A DNA stretch of 64,000 nucleotides. Origin: a virus (taxonomy: Duplodnaviria; Caudoviricetes). Below the pieces are notes generated by a model, which worked only from the letters and a program-made list of their open reading frames with translations, was not told the DNA's origin and made no database searches. This document shows positions 58,555 through 64,000 of the stretch, in pieces. Each line of letters starts with the position of its first letter. The first letter of the stretch is position 1. The position numbers were made by a program, and so were the translations under genes. The DNA is taken from IMG/VR virus record IMGVR_UViG_3300014205_000177, positions 32,001-96,000 of that record. One strand, given 5' to 3'.

Positions 58555-61500
58555 AATAACCTCCAGTAATCAATTTCTTTTACAATTGGGTCATATTTAA
58601 GTAAAATAGGATTCATTTCAGAATTTGTTGCTTCTTTATTACTTGAAGAAAGCCACTCTGACTGAATTAAATATTCTCTTTCACTTAAATCATTAATCAA
58701 TAAAATTCTAATATCATCTATACTAAAATCTGTTTTATTTCTAAACCATTCATATACTCTTCCATCATTCAAATTTATATTTATTTCGTGCAAAGGAGAA
58801 CCATAAACACTACTAGATATATTTTCCAAATCTCCGGTAACAACATAATCAAGTCCACTACTTATTATATTATTCCAATTAATATCATTCCATACAGATG
58901 TTTTTATTTTCCATATATTATCTACTTTTTTATTATAATAAATTCTAATTACTTCTTTACCGTTTATTATATCATTTAATATATATGGATTCTCTGCATT
59001 TTCTATATCTGAATATGAATCATTTAAACAAATTATTTTTGAAGTACTTGAAATTTCTGTACAAAAAACAATTTCATTATTATTCTTCAAAAATACACAA
59101 GGAGTATTAAGGTCATTTTCTCTATGTTCATATAAACTATCATTTGTAAAATTTACACCATCAACGGACACAGCTCTTCTTATAGAACTTGTACCATTAT
59201 ATAATGCACAATAATATATTATAAATTCATTGTTATTATAAATTACAGAAGGATTATAAGAACCATTATTTACACCTAATATTTTTTCTGGATTAGACCA
59301 CTCCCAAGCATTAGATGAAATAGAATGATAAATAGCGTTGCCCTCTTCATTTTTATAACCAGTGTACCAAAGATGCCATATATCACCTATTTTTGCAACA
59401 GATGGGCTGTAAACCGCATAGAATCCCATTCCGTATAAACTATTGTCTCCATGAGGTATTGATACATCATATTCTCCAAATGTTAAACTATCTTTCCCTC
59501 TAGCATGTACTATAGAATTTTCTTTATAAAAATTGCTTTTAGTATACCACATATAGTAATTATTTTCCTCAATAATAACAGCTGGTCTGATTCTCTCTTC
59601 TCCGTATGGGACCCATGACATATTATTACCAGAAGAATTTTCTATACCATCTGGTACATCTGTAGGAAAAGAAACAGAATCCTCTTCCCATTCTCCAATA
59701 TTCTCACTTGCACATTCAATAGAAAATACAGAAACGTTCTGAATTCCTATATCTCCAAACACTTTAAAACTTATTTTTAGATTATTACTATCTTTTGTTA
59801 TAGAGTCAATTATAGCATTAGGTTTTTCTAATGGGGCAGATTTTACTATATTATAAGAAGCAACTCTCCATTTATAGCTGTAAGAAAAGCTTTCTATTCC
59901 ATCAGGAATAATATCTGTAACTGAGTATGTATTATCTATTTTATGATTAATCCACTCTCCAGGTAAATCCTCTTTTTGAATAATAAATTGTGAAAATACT
60001 CTTCTTGAAGAACTGCCTATTGAACTATCAACCCCCTGAGCTACATTCATATTAGAAATTTCTCCACTTGCATCTACAGAATCCCATCTATTATTATTCA
60101 CTTGAATATCACTAAAAGAACCATCACTTGTAGTAAAACTACTAGAATATTCATTAGAACCTTGAATTTTATTACCAAATGAATCATACATAAAATCCCT
60201 TAATGGCTTGCCGTTTTGAGAATCAAATGTATTAAAAAAGTCAATTTGAACTCTATTATATACTTCATATCTCTCTTTATAAATAATAGAAAATTCACCA
60301 TTTATAAAACTATCACTATCAGAAGCATTAGAGATTACCATAAACATAAATCTTCCATCTTCTACATTATTATTATTATATCCATTACAATAAAATCCTT
60401 GGTCTATAAGCCCTCTTCTAACAGCTTTTTCTGTCTCTTTTATTTTTTCTATATGATATGGAAGTTCTACGTCTCTTTTATTATTTAAATCATCTGACAT
60501 AGATAATAATAAATCACCCTTAGTCATACCATTACCCAAAACGGTATTCATCCATATTTGATAACCACTAGGGCTTATCAATATATTATCTTCATAGCAA
60601 GAATAAAGACCAGAAGGAAGAGGTAATGGGCTACTTTTTAAATAATCTATTTCTTGTTCTATTTCTTGTATTTCACCAATATTTACTATTGGATTTTCTA
60701 GTTTTTCAATATTACCTTCTTCATCAATTATAATGGTTTGAACACTTCCATTTAATTCTGTAATCCTTAAATCTGAAATACTTCTTTCTGGGTTATTTTC
60801 TTTAGACCATGATAACACTGGATAAGTTAATCCATCTACAAATTTTGAAGGAATAACTTCCATTTTAACCCTATAATCATTACCAGCTATAAGGTCATAA
60901 CTTGAAGTATCCCAAATTATACTATGTAGATTCTCATCATTTTCTCTATTAGAGGAAAGTTCTTTTTTTATTCCATAAATAGCATCTTCATAAATTTCAT
61001 GAAATACATTACCATCTACACTATACCACATTTTTAATAATTCATAATAATCGTTATTAGAGCTATCAATTCTGTAATTTATTTTTAACTGTTTTGTCCA
61101 CTTATCATATTCTGTAGATATTATATTAGCCGGATTTGGAATACCTTTACTTATATAAAATTTAACACTATAAATCCATTGAGAAGAAGTTTTAGATACA
61201 ATATCAAATTGTCTTATTCTTAACCTATAGTCATATCCACTATCTAATATTTCTTGTTTTGTACTATCCCAAAAAGTATGCCATGAATTTGGTTGAACTA
61301 AATATCCATCAATACTTATATTATATTCCGACATTTCACTCATTACATCAACATATTCCGTATGAGAACCATCTTCAAAAAATTTACATATCTGTAAATG
61401 TATTCTTGTAGTTCTACTCATAGTTGATTGCCAGTGAATAGTATTATAAGAATCCCAACCATTTTGTAAATAAATAATTTTTAATGGTTCGAGAATTTCT

Positions 61501-63557
61501 TTTTTACCAATATTTGTTTTTATTACCCACATTCCTCTTTCCCACCTATTAGTAGGCTGGTCTCTATCTGAGAAAAAATCATTTTCCCATGAACCATATC
61601 CAGGAACATAATTAGATTTTTCTGGAGCTGTATCTTCTATAACAGGAGAAATATGATATTTATCTAAAATATATTCTGGAAAAGGTTTCATTTTTATAGG
61701 GAAGGTTATTTCTGAATCACCTATTATTTTTTTACCAAATGATATACTTCCGCCAAAGAATGGATATATTCCTTTTATATTATATTTATCGTTTACAATA
61801 GTTTCTGCATCTTTTTGAAGAAATGAATCAGAGCCTCTATATTCAATAGATTTGCAATATGGTCCATAGAAAAATTTCTTTCTGCTTTCAAAACTACTAA
61901 TATCTAATCTAAAAAAATTATTTGAATCTACATCGTTTGGAGCAAAAAAATCTTCTAATATTTTATAATCTGAAATTATATATTTATAAGATTTGTGACC
62001 TATTAAATCCTTAAAAATATCAGAAAATCTTGTTCCTTTACAAAGAGAACATGGAGTTCTATGAAAATTATTTCCATCGTTATATAATTCATTTATATTC
62101 CACCCTTTACCGCCACATAAAAGACATAAGTTTTTATCAGAAATTATATGTTTAATAAATCTTACAAAACCATATCTTCTATTATTATCCATATTAATTT
62201 CTCTATTTGTCAACTTTGGGTATCTTCCATTTTCTAATACATAGTGAGTTGTAATCACTAAGTTATCATCCATAGTATCTAAATCAGTTCCTGAAATATC
62301 AGTTTTATTACTTCCAAATTTGACTCCTTGAGGATAAAATATATTTTTAAGACCATAAGAATCCCAATAACTATAAGAAGAAAATCCATTTTCTAAGTTT
62401 CCGTTATAAAATGAAGAGAATGTAGAAAAATCACCTTTTAGTGCAAAACATTTTTCGTTCATTAAATTCTTTTCGTCTCTTAAATTTAATTTTAATGGTA
62501 TTTGAGGAATGCTTATTGAATTTTCTATTTTTTTACCTATATTTAAAAAAGAAGGAAAACTTATATCTATAGCACCTATTCCACCGCTATCTTCTCCCGA
62601 AGTGCTATTATCCATATGAAAATAACCAAAATCTTTAGAATCTGTAAATCCACTATTATCTATAACTTCAAGTGTTATTAAATACTCTCCCTCTACTAGT
62701 TTTTCATCTCTTGAACTTCTCCATGTTATTGAATGTTCTCCCATATTCATAATAACTATTGGGTTTAATAAACTCATTCTACTTTTAGAAAAAGCATTAC
62801 CACCTATATAATAACAATTAATTTGAAATTCTTCATCATCAATATCAGTAATTGTAAAATTAATAATTACATCTTTATACTGATTATTCGTAACATATAC
62901 ACTGTTAATAATTAATACAGGTGGACTGTTGGCACTATTTATAAATCCATTTACTTTCGAATATATACTATAATCCATTCCATCAAAAGATTTTACTCTC
63001 CAATAATATGTCATTTCGTTTTGTATATTTATTATTTTTGATGTTTTTTGAGAGCTTGAATTTCCATTAACATCTTCGTCTACTATTATATCTTCTTGAT
63101 TAAAAAGTGGATTAGTAGATACTTGAATATGATATGACAACGATTGACCGTCTGGGTCATATGAATTATCCCATTGAAGAGTCACACTATCTCTATTGTA
63201 CATTATTTCAACTACATCATCATAAACAAAATAAAAATATCCTGAAGTATATTCAAAGTTTCCATAAGTATTGCTAGATATTGCTATTTCACACCTGCAT
63301 AATCCTAAAAATCTATCTGTCATAGGATTACCTTTTGGGTATTCGAAAAAATTATCTGAAGAACTTACTTCTCCCAAAATAAACAAACCATCACCATTAT
63401 CAATATTTTCAATTTTTATATTATATCTTTTTTGGGTAATATTTTCAGGAAGAGTCCATGTAAAAACAGGAGTACTGGTAGCTATTATATTTGGACAATA
63501 TTTACCACTAGATATGTCATTACCAACCTTTACCTTTAAATCAATAACAGTTGCCAC
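58551..63557 (-). CDS. large multidomain virion-type protein (FN3/Ig, DnaJ-type Zn finger, five-bladed GH-like propeller)
   Basis: YHIQVS...YYWRVKSFDG FN3; CLLCGGKG/CSLCKGT; five xPxV...xxYT blades. Confidence 0.65.
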   Translation of the reverse strand: MATVIDLKVKVGNDISSGKYCPNIIATSTPVFTWTLPENITQKRYNIKIENIDNGDGLFILGEVSSSDNFFEYPKGNPMTDRFLGLCRCEIAISSNTYGNFEYTSGYFYFVYDDVVEIMYNRDSVTLQWDNSYDPDGQSLSYHIQVSTNPLFNQEDIIVDEDVNGNSSSQKTSKIINIQNEMTYYWRVKSFDGMDYSIYSKVNGFINSANSPPVLIINSVYVTNNQYKDVIINFTITDIDDEEFQINCYYIGGNAFSKSRMSLLNPIVIMNMGEHSITWRSSRDEKLVEGEYLITLEVIDNSGFTDSKDFGYFHMDNSTSGEDSGGIGAIDISFPSFLNIGKKIENSISIPQIPLKLNLRDEKNLMNEKCFALKGDFSTFSSFYNGNLENGFSSYSYWDSYGLKNIFYPQGVKFGSNKTDISGTDLDTMDDNLVITTHYVLENGRYPKLTNREINMDNNRRYGFVRFIKHIISDKNLCLLCGGKGWNINELYNDGNNFHRTPCSLCKGTRFSDIFKDLIGHKSYKYIISDYKILEDFFAPNDVDSNNFFRLDISSFESRKKFFYGPYCKSIEYRGSDSFLQKDAETIVNDKYNIKGIYPFFGGSISFGKKIIGDSEITFPIKMKPFPEYILDKYHISPVIEDTAPEKSNYVPGYGSWENDFFSDRDQPTNRWERGMWVIKTNIGKKEILEPLKIIYLQNGWDSYNTIHWQSTMSRTTRIHLQICKFFEDGSHTEYVDVMSEMSEYNISIDGYLVQPNSWHTFWDSTKQEILDSGYDYRLRIRQFDIVSKTSSQWIYSVKFYISKGIPNPANIISTEYDKWTKQLKINYRIDSSNNDYYELLKMWYSVDGNVFHEIYEDAIYGIKKELSSNRENDENLHSIIWDTSSYDLIAGNDYRVKMEVIPSKFVDGLTYPVLSWSKENNPERSISDLRITELNGSVQTIIIDEEGNIEKLENPIVNIGEIQEIEQEIDYLKSSPLPLPSGLYSCYEDNILISPSGYQIWMNTVLGNGMTKGDLLLSMSDDLNNKRDVELPYHIEKIKETEKAVRRGLIDQGFYCNGYNNNNVEDGRFMFMVISNASDSDSFINGEFSIIYKERYEVYNRVQIDFFNTFDSQNGKPLRDFMYDSFGNKIQGSNEYSSSFTTSDGSFSDIQVNNNRWDSVDASGEISNMNVAQGVDSSIGSSSRRVFSQFIIQKEDLPGEWINHKIDNTYSVTDIIPDGIESFSYSYKWRVASYNIVKSAPLEKPNAIIDSITKDSNNLKISFKVFGDIGIQNVSVFSIECASENIGEWEEDSVSFPTDVPDGIENSSGNNMSWVPYGEERIRPAVIIEENNYYMWYTKSNFYKENSIVHARGKDSLTFGEYDVSIPHGDNSLYGMGFYAVYSPSVAKIGDIWHLWYTGYKNEEGNAIYHSISSNAWEWSNPEKILGVNNGSYNPSVIYNNNEFIIYYCALYNGTSSIRRAVSVDGVNFTNDSLYEHRENDLNTPCVFLKNNNEIVFCTEISSTSKIICLNDSYSDIENAENPYILNDIINGKEVIRIYYNKKVDNIWKIKTSVWNDINWNNIISSGLDYVVTGDLENISSSVYGSPLHEININLNDGRVYEWFRNKTDFSIDDIRILLINDLSEREYLIQSEWLSSSNKEATNSEMNPILLKYDPIVKEIDYWRLL

Positions 63558-63617
63558 AGTTATTTCCCCTTACTCTAAAATATAGTTTACAATATCTATC
63601 TCCCCACGATGTACAGC

Positions 63618-64000
63618 TTATTGGTCAATACTATAAAATTTCCCACTTATTTCACTAGAAAAAGTTTTTGAGCCAACACTTGTTGCTGATGGATAATCAT
63701 TCCCAGAAGTTCCACATAAAACATAACACACTCTACCATAGAATCTACTTCTTGGAGACACATCAAAACCAAATGGCTGATTTTTCCAATTAGATAATAT
63801 TGTCCTGGCTTCAGTCCTTGTTGGTTTCAGAGAAAATGTATAATTACTCCTTACTTCCATAGCAACTTTATTATAGGTTTCATCTGGAGTACCTTCTTGA
63901 ATATCCCATGGACGATTTACATCAAGAACTTGGTCTATAGTTCCATCACTATTAGTATCATATCCCCTCATTGTAAATGTTATTTGACCCCCTTCAAGAA
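63618..64000 (-). CDS. C-terminal end of a probable structural gene running off the window
   Basis: frame stays open upstream of the track's ATG to the window edge. Confidence 0.5.
   Translation of the reverse strand, partial: LEGGQITFTMRGYDTNSDGTIDQVLDVNRPWDIQEGTPDETYNKVAMEVRSNYTFSLKPTRTEARTILSNWKNQPFGFDVSPRSRFYGRVCYVLCGTSGNDYPSATSVGSKTFSSEISGKFYSIDQ

Noticed and set aside
862-63585. Many 60-120 aa ORFs antisense to or nested in long genes
   Set aside because: Shadow ORFs overlapping well-supported genes, without SD sites or motifs

Overview
AT-rich, densely coding 64 kb fragment of a large dsDNA bacteriophage (probably jumbo-sized), read in standard code 11 with clear Shine-Dalgarno sites. 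1-10.2 kb (+): accessory block with two RNA ligases (DRB0094/Rnl2-like, and RtcB carrying an intein), a Gp37/Gp68 protein, a Dam-like methylase and many small membrane proteins. 10.3-20.8 kb (-): nucleotide metabolism, including a class II ribonucleotide reductase fractured into two genes by a split intein. A free-standing repeat-rich Vsr-like endonuclease lies between the halves, with its ribosome-binding site folded into a hairpin. 21-31 kb (-): tail-fibre and receptor-binding proteins. 31-54.7 kb (-): replication and recombination module (Sak/Rad52, DnaE, intein-containing helicase, DnaQ-like, ThyX-like, SSB, DnaG, DnaB, RecA, RuvC-like, Cas4/RecB-like). Here DnaE is split without an intein, and its PHP half is fused to SLOG and Macro-like domains. 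A glycosyltransferase/methyltransferase cluster sits inside the same operon. 56-64 kb (-): a subtilase and large virion-type proteins. Four intergenic promoters share one exact architecture. No tRNA, rRNA, CRISPR array or reverse transcriptase was seen. All calls come from reading motifs by eye; no searches were run.
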